IMG/VR virus record: IMGVR_UViG_3300045988_119128 | Coordinates: 1 to 21,658 of that record | Length of the DNA: 21,658 bases | Reading direction: 5' to 3' (one strand) | From: a virus | Taxonomy: Duplodnaviria > Heunggongvirae > Uroviricota > Caudoviricetes | Shown: in pieces, positions 1-8,297 of the stretch | Layout: each line of letters opens with the position of its first letter | Position numbering within the stretch: position 1 is the first letter of the stretch | Notes under the pieces: generated by a model | The model's input: only the letters and a program-made list of their open reading frames with translations | The model's database searches: none | Told to the model about the DNA's origin: nothing | Made by a program: the position numbers and the translations under genes

Positions 1-717
1 AACGGGAGAAAACGAAATGACCGTCGGGTTTTCGTTTTCTCCGTCAGGGTTAAATGTCGTTTCAACAATCCTTACGCCACCCGATACAGGCTGATGCAGA
101 AACATTCTGGTTCCCTGCGGCGTATCACAGATACAGAACCCCTGACTCATATTATCCGCACCGTCAAAAATCCCGGCGTAGTCAATATCGTGGACAACTT
201 TATGCTGAAGAACCACATCATCAATGACAGTACGATGAAAACTGGATATGGCTTTATCGACGTAATCCTGCGTCGCCATCACCGTGCTGGCATCAATACT
301 CAGCTCAACAGACGCCACGTTACTGACAATAATAACCATGCGGCAGGTCTGCGCACGCCCGGAGCCTTCAGCCAGTTCAGGCTTATAGCTTTCTGCCATG
401 TTAGCGACCGCAATCAGTGTTCCGGCATCGTCATACAGACCAAGTTCACGCATCCAGAAGCCGCCCACTTCTGGCGGTACAACCAGTTCAGCCACGATAT
501 AGTTTTTATTCTTGTTATCCACGCTGACTTTATTCAGGGCGTGACGCCAGACCTCATGCACCAGTTTCGTCTGACCAGCATCCGGCACCGGCAATTTGCC
601 ATTACCGTCACCCACGGCCATTGCAGACAGGGTTACTTTTTTCCCGCCGGGGACAGTGGCGGCTGCCAGCTTTGCGGCTCCGGCAGTAGTGATAACGGTT
701 TTAAATTTCGTGCTCAT
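1..717 (-). CDS. H: Tail fibre protein gpH, N-terminal part (gene continues beyond window start)
   Basis: Reverse-strand frame opens with ATG at 717-715 and has no stop before position 1, so it is absent from the ORF track. Hand translation gives MSTKFKTVITTAGAAKLAAATVPGGKKV...HEVWRHALNKV...GGFWMRELGLYDDAGTLIAVANMAESYKP, the conserved N-terminal domain of P2 gpH. Sits 10 nt downstream of gpI, as in P2. Confidence 0.85.
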   Translation of the reverse strand, partial: MSTKFKTVITTAGAAKLAAATVPGGKKVTLSAMAVGDGNGKLPVPDAGQTKLVHEVWRHALNKVSVDNKNKNYIVAELVVPPEVGGFWMRELGLYDDAGTLIAVANMAESYKPELAEGSGRAQTCRMVIIVSNVASVELSIDASTVMATQDYVDKAISSFHRTVIDDVVLQHKVVHDIDYAGIFDGADNMSQGFCICDTPQGTRMFLHQPVSGGVRIVETTFNPDGENENPTVISFSPV

Positions 718-727
718 TGTTTCTCAC

Positions 728-1258
728 TTATCCGGGATAAACAGTAATAACATCACCATCACAGACCACACCGCCTGTATACAGATAGCCGGGAATGTCC
801 TGGATAATGTTCAGACCGATAAGGTGGCGACTTGCGGGTTTGGCATCGGCAATCAGCCGTTCCATTTCCAGATACATCTCCTCCGTGATGCCGCTTTCCA
901 GTACGCCGATATCAAGGCGGAAGGTTCCGGGCGGGTCGTTTGTCTCCCACCATTCCTTTACGTTAATTAGATAGCCTAGCGGCTCCACCACACGCCGGAT
1001 TGCACCTATAGTGCCTTTATGACAGTGGATGAAATACGCATCGCGGATAACGGCGCGTTTTGTCGCTTCCGGCCACTTTTCATCCCATCTGTCGACCGAA
1101 AACGCCCACGCCAGCCACGGCAGCAGATTTGCCGGGCAGGTGTCCGGGTTCCACAGCTCACGAATACTGACCGGTGTTTTTTCAATTTCCGCACAGGCTT
1201 TTGCGGCGGCGACCTCAAGCGGTGATGAGCCGGTCGGCAGCAGTCGCGAATCACTCAT
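728..1258 (-). CDS. I: Baseplate/tail fibre assembly protein gpI
   Basis: 176 aa ORF, same length as P2 gpI, starting MSDSRLLPTGSSPLEVAAAKA; synteny J-I-H. Confidence 0.9.
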   Translation of the reverse strand: MSDSRLLPTGSSPLEVAAAKACAEIEKTPVSIRELWNPDTCPANLLPWLAWAFSVDRWDEKWPEATKRAVIRDAYFIHCHKGTIGAIRRVVEPLGYLINVKEWWETNDPPGTFRLDIGVLESGITEEMYLEMERLIADAKPASRHLIGLNIIQDIPGYLYTGGVVCDGDVITVYPG

Positions 1259-2159
1259 CCGAGCCTCCGGTCACGACGCGGTATTCAGTACAGAAAGACG
1301 CCTGCGTGCTGTTAAGCACGATATCGGCCAGCGGTGCAGCCAGTTCGACACGCTGCACGCCTTCCACATGCAAAGCGGCATAAATGGCAGACAGACGGAT
1401 GTCGCGCCCCAGCCGGTGCTGTGCCGTGATGTACGCTTCCAGTTTTTTCACGGCAGCAGCGCGGATGGGTTCGCTTTCGGGACCAGGGTAAAGGTAAAGC
1501 GTGGCGTTTATCTGGTATTCAACAATGGCGGCAGACTGCACGGTCACGCGGTCGGCCACCGGTCTGACGTCCTCGCCATTCAGGGCGTTACGCACCACCG
1601 CCAGCAGGTCTTCGGATGCGACACCGTTATTCTCACGTGACAGCACAGAGATGGTGACGCAGGCCGGAGACGGACTGGTGACAGAGATATCCGCGACACG
1701 CCCGTCAGCACTGCGACCATGATACTGATAGGCACCCACCGACCCGGCGACGCTTAAACCTTCAAACGCCTGCTGAATACGCAGACGATAATCGGTATCA
1801 GATTCCATCACTGCCGGTGTCGGCGGGATAGTCGAATCATCTGCCGGGGTGATAGTCAGACGCGTGGTGTTGTAATTGGCACCAATCACATCAAGGTCAT
1901 TACCCGCGGCACAGGCCAGCATCACCGCCCGTGCGGCCTCATTCACACGCTGACGCCAGATAAGCTCACGATAAGCATTTTCCTCCAGCAATTTGACGAG
2001 AGGCTCGGATTCCAGCGTCAGGGTACGGGCGACCGCCTCCTGCTGGGCTTCCGGGTAAAGGGAAATCAGTGTCGCCTTGCGTTCGGCGAGAATGGTTTCA
2101 AAGTCCAACTCCTCGACCACATCCGGTGCGGGTAGCTGGTTCAGGTCGATAATCGGCAT
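1251..2159 (-). CDS. J: Baseplate assembly protein gpJ
   Basis: 302 aa ORF, same length as P2 gpJ; overlaps I start by 8 nt; synteny W-J-I. Confidence 0.9.
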   Translation of the reverse strand: MPIIDLNQLPAPDVVEELDFETILAERKATLISLYPEAQQEAVARTLTLESEPLVKLLEENAYRELIWRQRVNEAARAVMLACAAGNDLDVIGANYNTTRLTITPADDSTIPPTPAVMESDTDYRLRIQQAFEGLSVAGSVGAYQYHGRSADGRVADISVTSPSPACVTISVLSRENNGVASEDLLAVVRNALNGEDVRPVADRVTVQSAAIVEYQINATLYLYPGPESEPIRAAAVKKLEAYITAQHRLGRDIRLSAIYAALHVEGVQRVELAAPLADIVLNSTQASFCTEYRVVTGGSDE

Positions 2160-2163
2160 GGTT

Positions 2164-2511
2164 TCAACTCACAGGGATGGTTAACGAAAGTGGCTGGCCG
2201 GTGTCGTTGTGCTGGCCGGTTAAGGTGACCGTCATTCGCCCGTCAAAACTGCGCTCAGTGGTGACGGATGACAGGGTGACGCGGGGTTCCCATTTCAGCA
2301 CCGCCATGTAACAGGCGACCTTAATCTGCAACTCAAGCGCCGGGGTCTGCGGCTGGTCAATCATTGACGCCAGCAACGAGCCGTAATCACGACGCATCAC
2401 CCGCGAGCCGACCGGTGTGCGCAGGATATCGCCGATACTCTGGCTGATATGCTCAAGGTCAGTGACAGTCAGGCCATCACTGCAATTCATTCCGAGATAA
2501 CGCGCTGTCAT
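2164..2511 (-). CDS. W: Baseplate protein gpW
   Basis: 115 aa ORF, same length as P2 gpW; 4-nt overlap with the V stop. Confidence 0.9.
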   Translation of the reverse strand: MTARYLGMNCSDGLTVTDLEHISQSIGDILRTPVGSRVMRRDYGSLLASMIDQPQTPALELQIKVACYMAVLKWEPRVTLSSVTTERSFDGRMTVTLTGQHNDTGQPLSLTIPVS

Positions 2512-3143
2512 AGAGGGCTCCCGGTTGTGCCGCCGCTGTCGCCGGGGTGTTTATGGGTATGCAGTACCTTACCGTTTGATGAGAGTTCACCGCCGGTGTG
2601 TTCAATGTTGCCGCGCATCGTCCCGCCCTTCTGCACTTCCAGCGTGCCGGTAATCAGCCTGTTGGTGCAAACCACCTCCGGTGTGTCCAGGGTGACGCGG
2701 GTTGATGCTTTCACCATGACCACCGGCACCGTGGCAGTAACAGAATCAGAAGCCGTCACGCTGGCCGTTTTAATTCCGCTTACCGTGAGTGCACTGGTTT
2801 CGGGTTCATACTCAATCACCGCCCCGTCAGGGAAACGGATATGCAGGGCATCCGCCGACGCAGACGGCGCGGGGTTATCGCCGGAATAAATCCCCGGCAG
2901 AACGAACGCCGTGTCGAGTTCACCGCCCACAGCCAGAATCAGCACCTGTTCCCCCACGGAAGGTGCCCACCATGTGCGCGAACGTCCGGCACGATGGGTC
3001 AGCCACTGAAGCCAGTCAGTGCACATGCCACCGGTCTGCACACGGCAGCGACCGGCTTTAAGGTTGGTTTCGACGACAAGGCCGGTACGAATCATGTTGC
3101 GCAGTGCGCGCGCGAGTTCCTGAATATTTGCGAGAGTGTTCAT
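2508..3143 (-). CDS. V: Baseplate spike/assembly protein gpV
   Basis: ORF-track frame 2508..3161 begins at a non-ATG codon. The first ATG (3143-3141) gives 211 aa starting MNTLANIQELARALRNMIRTG, matching the P2 gpV N-terminus and length. Confidence 0.88.
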   Translation of the reverse strand: MNTLANIQELARALRNMIRTGLVVETNLKAGRCRVQTGGMCTDWLQWLTHRAGRSRTWWAPSVGEQVLILAVGGELDTAFVLPGIYSGDNPAPSASADALHIRFPDGAVIEYEPETSALTVSGIKTASVTASDSVTATVPVVMVKASTRVTLDTPEVVCTNRLITGTLEVQKGGTMRGNIEHTGGELSSNGKVLHTHKHPGDSGGTTGSPL

Positions 3144-3226
3144 GCGTGTGAGATTGCACAATATATAAAAGTTATGCTATCTGGATTCATTTGTAGAACG
3201 ACCATACAACATTCGAGGAGAGCGTA

Positions 3227-4012
3227 ATGTTCAGTGATAATGTGACTAATGCGTGGTGGTTTATCTCTTTGTATCTATTTTTATTAATAGCATTAACATT
3301 TATTACCTTTGGTAAAAGTAATCTTATGAGGTTTATTGCACATCATTTCAATTTTGAGTATTCAGACAGAAAGTTAAAAATGCTCGACAAAAAATGGCGC
3401 GACATTCAACTATTTAAAATAATTAACGGAATCAATGTATCAGGCATCGAAGATGTGAGAATGATACAGCAGGGGCTGATTGATGGAAAACTAAAAACAT
3501 CGTATTTTTTTCTTACTCGCTTCTGGGGTGACATAACAAAACCACCACACATAATTAAAACAATAATTGTAATTCTGTCCAGCATTATTTATATTCTCTT
3601 CGCATGTTATATACACAACAAACAATCCGCTATAGTAAGAGATGCCATAGGCATACCATATAAAAATATGATGTACTATGTTTATAGTGACAAAGTTCTT
3701 TTATCCTTCAACAATAAAACAGTTGAATTCAATAAAACTTATAGCCTTGCCGATTGCAAGAGGCTACGAAACATATTTATAAAAGACACACTTCCTGAGA
3801 TCGCCTGCAATAAGCTCTTACGGCTAAACGAGGAGGACTCGGAATGGTTAAGTCAGGAAATTAAAGATAATAACAGCCAAAAAAAAGCATTATTAATAAT
3901 ATCCCTCATCTATTTCATTTCAGGCCTGGTTATATTTCTGTCATATACAAAATTCCTTTACGCCAATAAGAAGGTTGTAGAATACAAAGCATCAAATAAA
4001 AATCACTCATAA
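3227..4012 (+). CDS. Hypothetical membrane protein, AT-rich moron at the P2 orf30 position
   Basis: 261 aa ORF on the opposite strand to the flanking late genes, visibly AT-rich. Strong SD GAGGAG at 3215-3220, six nt before the ATG. Three hydrophobic segments (about residues 9-28, 107-127, 222-243). Lies between S and V, where P2 carries accessory orf30. Confidence 0.7.
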   Translation: MFSDNVTNAWWFISLYLFLLIALTFITFGKSNLMRFIAHHFNFEYSDRKLKMLDKKWRDIQLFKIINGINVSGIEDVRMIQQGLIDGKLKTSYFFLTRFWGDITKPPHIIKTIIVILSSIIYILFACYIHNKQSAIVRDAIGIPYKNMMYYVYSDKVLLSFNNKTVEFNKTYSLADCKRLRNIFIKDTLPEIACNKLLRLNEEDSEWLSQEIKDNNSQKKALLIISLIYFISGLVIFLSYTKFLYANKKVVEYKASNKNHS

Positions 4013-4017
4013 GCCTC

Positions 4018-4054
4018 TAAACATTGAGCGACCAGCATGGCCGCTCAATGTTTA
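4018..4054. terminator. Perfect 13-bp inverted repeat hairpin between convergent genes (orf30-like and S)
   Basis: TAAACATTGAGCG (4018-4030), 11-nt loop, CGCTCAATGTTTA (4042-4054). Starts 6 nt after the moron stop; a T-rich tract partly overlaps the 3' arm on the + strand. Confidence 0.5.
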
Positions 4055-4083
4055 ATTGCGCATCAGCCTCTGCCTGGATAAAA

Positions 4084-4536
4084 CTAACGCTCAAGGTGAG
4101 CCAGGATAATCTCTTCAATCATCTGCACATCCTCACCGGTAAAGCCGAGCAGAGGACGCGCCGGATAATCAATTTTCTTACCGTCTTTCCGGGTTTCTTC
4201 CGACAGACCGAACTGATGCACACTGGCGATTTTCGGCGACTTCCCGCCGTAAAATTCCATTGATGCCTGTTCCGGGCTGGCGCGGATATGCAAAAAACGA
4301 CTGGTAATAAGTTTCGCAAACATTTTTCGCTTAACGCGACCGGTCTTTTTTCTGGCGCTCTGCTGCTGACGTGGCGCGTAGGGGGTGCCGTCCGGGGCTT
4401 TCTGTGCCATCACCCGACGCTGCTGACTCTGACGCAGACGTTTCGCCAGTTCGGCGCTCAGTCGCCGACGCCCTGACGGTGACAGCGATTCAATCAGCCC
4501 GGTCAGCCGGTCTTCAAAACGCTTAAACTCATTCAT
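4084..4536 (-). CDS. S: Tail completion protein gpS
   Basis: 150 aa ORF starting MNEFKRFEDRLTGLIESL, same length as P2 gpS; synteny R-S. Confidence 0.9.
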   Translation of the reverse strand: MNEFKRFEDRLTGLIESLSPSGRRRLSAELAKRLRQSQQRRVMAQKAPDGTPYAPRQQQSARKKTGRVKRKMFAKLITSRFLHIRASPEQASMEFYGGKSPKIASVHQFGLSEETRKDGKKIDYPARPLLGFTGEDVQMIEEIILAHLER

Positions 4537-4996
4537 CCCACTTACTCACCAGTTCGCCATTGATATAAAGCTCCATCGGGCGGGTGACCGGCTCCGGCGG
4601 CGGGGGTTCCGGGATATTCTTCACATGCAGCGCGCCGCCCACCTCACTGACCAGCGTGCGCTCGGTCAGCATCAGGCTGATGCTGATATCAAAGCTGCTG
4701 TCATTGTTGATGTCCGCATAAAACGTGAAGCCCTTTTTCTGGCCTTCGTCGGTGGTCATGATGTCGGGCTGATTTTCCCGCAGCCACGCCAGCACCGGCA
4801 CGATGAGCAGGTCAAAATCACCGGTAAAGTCGGTCACAATGACATTGAGCGTGTAACGCTTTTCAAATGACAGCGACGTCGCCAGTGTGGAGGCAATACT
4901 TCCGTTATCCACGAATATCCGCAACATCTCGGGACTGGTTTTCAGCACCGTGACGGCATCAGTCAGCGCCCTGCGCAGGCTGTCGGGTTTGAGCAT
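4529..4996 (-). CDS. R: Tail completion protein gpR
   Basis: 155 aa ORF, same length as P2 gpR; overlaps S start. Confidence 0.9.
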   Translation of the reverse strand: MLKPDSLRRALTDAVTVLKTSPEMLRIFVDNGSIASTLATSLSFEKRYTLNVIVTDFTGDFDLLIVPVLAWLRENQPDIMTTDEGQKKGFTFYADINNDSSFDISISLMLTERTLVSEVGGALHVKNIPEPPPPEPVTRPMELYINGELVSKWDE

Positions 4997-5249
4997 CGTT
5001 TTCGTCCTGACAGTGTTTAATCATTTTTATCTGGCTGGCACAGTGTGCCAGCGCGTTCTCAAGCTGCCGGATATCGGCACTTAAATCGCCGTTCGTCTGC
5101 GGGTCACTGCCCGGCATCGGGCAAAGGCTCACTTTCGGGCAGGCGTTGGCGACAATCACTGGCGTCAGTGCAGGCGGGGCGCTGGTGCAACCGGCGCACA
5201 GCATCAGGCAGGCCAGCGCCGTACCAGCGGCGAAAATCTTCGTTTTCAT
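4959..5249 (-). CDS. lysC: Outer-membrane lipoprotein spanin (o-spanin) LysC, nested in lysB in another frame
   Basis: Within ORF-track frame 4959..5459, the internal ATG at 5249-5247 gives 96 aa starting MKTKIFAAGTALACLMLCAGC, a signal peptide with lipobox cysteine. Embedded in the 3' half of lysB as in P2. Confidence 0.75.
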   Translation of the reverse strand: MKTKIFAAGTALACLMLCAGCTSAPPALTPVIVANACPKVSLCPMPGSDPQTNGDLSADIRQLENALAHCASQIKMIKHCQDENDAQTRQPAQGAD

Positions 5250-5529
5250 TAAGTAACCTCGTGATGGTTTTCTCGCGCTGTGCTTCACGCTTCGCGGCGT
5301 TCTCCAGTTCCTGACGCAGTGCCACCTGCGCCAGCTCGTTTTTGTCTGCCCTGGTGATGGCAACATGAAGCTGATTTTGCAGCATGGTGATGGTCGTCTG
5401 CTGCCCGCTGGCGACGTTGTTCGCCCTGTCCAGCGAGGCGCGCAGGCTGGCGTTTTCATGCTTCACCAGAAACAGCCCCGCCACCGTCAGCGATAACAGC
5501 ACAACCATCACAATCATCAGCTTTGACAT
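5104..5529 (-). CDS. lysB: Inner-membrane spanin (i-spanin) LysB
   Basis: 141 aa ORF with N-terminal TM segment (MSKLMIVMVVLLSLTVAGLF) and a charged coiled-coil-like remainder; same length as P2 LysB. Confidence 0.85.
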   Translation of the reverse strand: MSKLMIVMVVLLSLTVAGLFLVKHENASLRASLDRANNVASGQQTTITMLQNQLHVAITRADKNELAQVALRQELENAAKREAQREKTITRLLNENEDFRRWYGAGLPDAVRRLHQRPACTDASDCRQRLPESEPLPDAGQ

Positions 5530-5942
5530 GGTTCCCGCCCCTCAAAACGCTGACGGCAGGCCGTACGTATCAGCCGGAAGAACACCGACGCCACGAGATA
5601 AATCAGCGCGGTAAAAATCCACCCGGCAGCGACCAGCGAGATAAACGTCGCCACCATCACCACCAGAGCCACCGCCCGTCTGCGCCACGGCACCGGCTGC
5701 AAAAACAGCGACGTGACAATCTTCACGGCCAGCGATTCCGGCGGAAGCTCCCGCCCGTAGCGTTCCAGCACATACTCAGTGGCATACACGCCGACACCAC
5801 CGGCAACCACACAGATAACCGTCGCCAGAATCGCCCAGGCGGCGACAAAATTGACGGCCACGCTCTGCGGGTAAATCAGGGACAGTGCCAGCATCAGCGC
5901 CAGCGACACGTTCAGCATCAGTGAAAGGGATAATTTCTTCAT
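5517..5942 (-). CDS. lysA: Lysis timing membrane protein LysA
   Basis: 141 aa multi-TM ORF between endolysin K and lysB; same length and position as P2 LysA. Confidence 0.85.
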   Translation of the reverse strand: MKKLSLSLMLNVSLALMLALSLIYPQSVAVNFVAAWAILATVICVVAGGVGVYATEYVLERYGRELPPESLAVKIVTSLFLQPVPWRRRAVALVVMVATFISLVAAGWIFTALIYLVASVFFRLIRTACRQRFEGREPCQS

Positions 5943-5956
5943 GGTGTTTACTCCGT

Positions 5957-6454
5957 TTAAGCCGGTACACCGCCGGCGGTACGCCAGACGGTGACCAGTT
6001 TTTCCAGTGAATGCTCACGCTGACCGTAACCGGCACCCGGCAGGGACGCCCAGATATTGCGACAGCGTGAAATGGCTCGCTCAATGCGTCCCGCCCGGAT
6101 GTCATCCAGTGCACCGCGTTCGCGGATCAACTGAATGGCAAGTCTGTCCTGTGACAACGGACTGAAATCCGGCAGGGCAAGCTGTTTGCGGTAATGCGGC
6201 CAGAACAGGTAAAGCTGCTGATAGCGACCGGAGGCCGTGGATTTTTCACCGCGACGGTTAAACACCTTCGCCGGTCGGCCATGTGCGAACGGGTGGTCAC
6301 TGTAGTCGGTGAAAATTTCCGGCTTCCCGTCCAGTCCGGTGACTATCACGTCATAGCCCCGGTTTTTCGTCAGCGGATGGTTTGCCGTCCCTTCGGACAC
6401 GGCCAGCATGTCGAGAAAGGCGGCGATATTCTGATGCGTGTTAATAACCGGCAT
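5957..6454 (-). CDS. K: Endolysin gpK (lysozyme-like)
   Basis: 165 aa ORF starting MPVINTHQNIAAFLDMLAVSEGT, same length as P2 gpK; directly downstream of the holin. Confidence 0.9.
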   Translation of the reverse strand: MPVINTHQNIAAFLDMLAVSEGTANHPLTKNRGYDVIVTGLDGKPEIFTDYSDHPFAHGRPAKVFNRRGEKSTASGRYQQLYLFWPHYRKQLALPDFSPLSQDRLAIQLIRERGALDDIRAGRIERAISRCRNIWASLPGAGYGQREHSLEKLVTVWRTAGGVPA

Positions 6455-6735
6455 TACGGTTTCCCCCTGCCCTTAAAGCGGCGCTGGATGGCAATCTCAA
6501 TCACCTGATAACCGGCGATACCCAGCATGGAGCCGATACCGCACACCGCAGGCAGTGACAGGTCAGGAAACTGCACCAGAACAACACCGGCAACCATCGA
6601 GACAAAACCACCAAGCAACATGCGCCCGATAAACAGACGCGGGGTGATGGGTTCACCACCGGCAAGCACCTTGCCGACAACAATCAGCACCCCAATCATG
6701 AAAAGCGACAGGACGCTTTTTTCTTCTGCTGTCAT
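6454..6735 (-). CDS. Y: Holin gpY
   Basis: 93 aa ORF with hydrophobic TM segments; same length and position as P2 gpY. Confidence 0.85.
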   Translation of the reverse strand: MTAEEKSVLSLFMIGVLIVVGKVLAGGEPITPRLFIGRMLLGGFVSMVAGVVLVQFPDLSLPAVCGIGSMLGIAGYQVIEIAIQRRFKGRGKP

Positions 6736-6738
6736 GCG

Positions 6739-6942
6739 TTACTCCCACAGATTGACAGTTTCAGCCACGGGCGCGGTCTGAACGTCGGGCAGTTCGACGG
6801 CGGTGCCGTGTGGCAGCACCGCGCCCAGTTCAGCCAGTCCCGGATTTGCGGCGAGCACGGCCTCGACCACGCCCTCAGTGCGCCCGTAATACCGGACACA
6901 AATGGCGTCGAGCGTGTCGCCCTGTAGCGCAAAGGTCTTCAT
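6739..6942 (-). CDS. X: Tail protein gpX
   Basis: Internal ATG at 6942-6940 gives 67 aa starting MKTFALQGDTLDAICVRYYGR, matching P2 gpX length and N-terminus. Its start overlaps the L stop. Confidence 0.85.
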   Translation of the reverse strand: MKTFALQGDTLDAICVRYYGRTEGVVEAVLAANPGLAELGAVLPHGTAVELPDVQTAPVAETVNLWE

Positions 6943-7451
6943 CAGATTTGACTCACGATGCAGCGCGGCTTGTCCTGGATGCGCGCCACTGCCCAGCGCA
7001 TATCCCGCCACAGCTCATCAATGGTGCTGTCAATGCTGTCGGCCTTCTTGTCGCCTTTCGCACTGGCATCCACGCCGCGATAACGCTCATAAAGCGACGC
7101 GGTCGCCATCGCACACACGGCGCGCTCGTAGTAAAAAACTTTGATACTTTCACCGTCGATGTCGTCCGCCGGAACGTCCGCCAGACGCGTAAAACCGGCG
7201 GCAATTTTCTGTTCGCGGTACTCGTACAGCTCCGCATTTGTTTCCGCCATGCCTGACTTGATGGCCTCACGCAGACGGGCGGGGGCGACGGTCTGCTCAA
7301 GGCGCATACGTTCCCGGACGCGCTTCGGGTCGATATCTGGAAAAAAGAACGTGTTTTTAATCACCGGCTCGTCGCCTGCCGGTTGCGGGATGACCACCGT
7401 ACCCTCACCGGACACGGGAGCCTCCTTTCGCGGAATAATCAGCGTCATCAT
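6942..7451 (-). CDS. L: Head completion/stabilisation protein gpL
   Basis: Tandem ATG ATG at 7451-7446 gives 169 aa starting MMTLIIPRKEAPVSGEG, matching P2 gpL. The ORF-track frame is extended upstream of this start. Confidence 0.88.
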   Translation of the reverse strand: MMTLIIPRKEAPVSGEGTVVIPQPAGDEPVIKNTFFFPDIDPKRVRERMRLEQTVAPARLREAIKSGMAETNAELYEYREQKIAAGFTRLADVPADDIDGESIKVFYYERAVCAMATASLYERYRGVDASAKGDKKADSIDSTIDELWRDMRWAVARIQDKPRCIVSQI

Positions 7452-7550
7452 GACTACCTCTGAAAAGTCGGGCGGTGGACGCCGGTGCAGTGTCAGGTGA
7501 TTCACCCTCACTGACCGGCGTGCCGCCCTGGCGCGGGGCGCATTCGGTTG

Positions 7551-8294
7551 TTAACTGGCTTTCTTTTTCGGGCGTCCACGTTTTGCCGGTGTCACGCTCC
7601 GGGTCTTACGCGGGGTACGGGTGGCCGCTTTTGGCTGCGGCTCCGGCTTCGGTTTCAGCTCCCGCTCCAGTCGTTCAATCTCTTTTTTGACGCCTGCCTG
7701 ACAGTCGAGCTGTGTCGCACGTTGCAGATGCGCCAGCGCCCCTGCGGCATCACCAGCGTCACGCAGAAACAGACCGGTGATTTTGTGCAGCTTTGCGCGC
7801 ACTTCATCAGGCATGTCAGCCGTGGCGGTCAGTTCAAGGGTCTCCGTCAGCAGGCGGGTATCCACAGACTCACCGGCAGCGTGAGCGCGCATGGCCGCAA
7901 GCGCGACCTCCTCGGTGAACATGTACGGCGGGGTACGGCGGTGTTTACCCGGCATGGTCAGACCGTACTTCAGGGCATAACGGGCAATCTCCAGCGCACC
8001 GGCAATATCGCCGGTATCCAGACGCCACAGCATGACCGTCATCAGAATGTCATCCTGTGCACCTTTGCCCTGCTCCAGCACGCCGTTCACCCACGGCAAC
8101 CAGAACGGCAGCAGTTCGCGTTTTTTCGCGGCCTTCAGCTCTTTTGAATAAATCGCTTTCAGTGTGCGCTGGTCTGCGGCGAGCTTAACCAGCATCTGCT
8201 CATAGACAGTTGCATGTCGCAGCGGGGCGGCGTCCCGCTGCGCGGTCATCGCTGCCGAGACCCGCATCATGTGGCGCTGTGCGGGACTCGTCAT
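7551..8294 (-). CDS. M: Terminase small (endonuclease) subunit gpM
   Basis: 247 aa ORF, same length as P2 gpM, with a basic lysine/arginine-rich C-terminus; synteny N-M-L. Confidence 0.9.
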   Translation of the reverse strand: MTSPAQRHMMRVSAAMTAQRDAAPLRHATVYEQMLVKLAADQRTLKAIYSKELKAAKKRELLPFWLPWVNGVLEQGKGAQDDILMTVMLWRLDTGDIAGALEIARYALKYGLTMPGKHRRTPPYMFTEEVALAAMRAHAAGESVDTRLLTETLELTATADMPDEVRAKLHKITGLFLRDAGDAAGALAHLQRATQLDCQAGVKKEIERLERELKPKPEPQPKAATRTPRKTRSVTPAKRGRPKKKAS

Positions 8295-8297
8295 CGG

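Noticed and set aside
1-717. Diversity-generating retroelement or invertible tail fibre segment suggested by the hairpin in H
   Set aside because: No reverse transcriptase, template repeat or invertase gene in the window; the hairpin alone is insufficient.
94-747. 217 aa + strand ORF
   Set aside because: Antisense to the well-supported gpH N-terminal coding region; no ribosome-binding site or recognisable motif. Typical spurious ORF in GC-rich antisense sequence.
1029-1640. 203 aa + strand ORF and neighbouring small + ORFs
   Set aside because: Antisense to gpI and gpJ, whose lengths match P2 exactly; low-complexity composition.
2508-3161. N-terminally extended ORF-track versions of V, and likewise of O, L, X, A, C and the REC gene
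   Set aside because: The track frames begin at non-ATG codons (TTG confirmed for V, A, C and the REC gene) or upstream of the conserved P2 N-terminus; the internal ATG starts give P2 lengths and have Shine-Dalgarno motifs.
5523-5924. 133 aa + strand ORF rich in Arg/His/Gln
   Set aside because: Antisense to lysA; low-complexity basic sequence without start signals.
6810-7300. Several overlapping 80-148 aa ORFs on both strands
   Set aside because: Alternative frames of the X/L region; the P2-length X and L frames explain the region.
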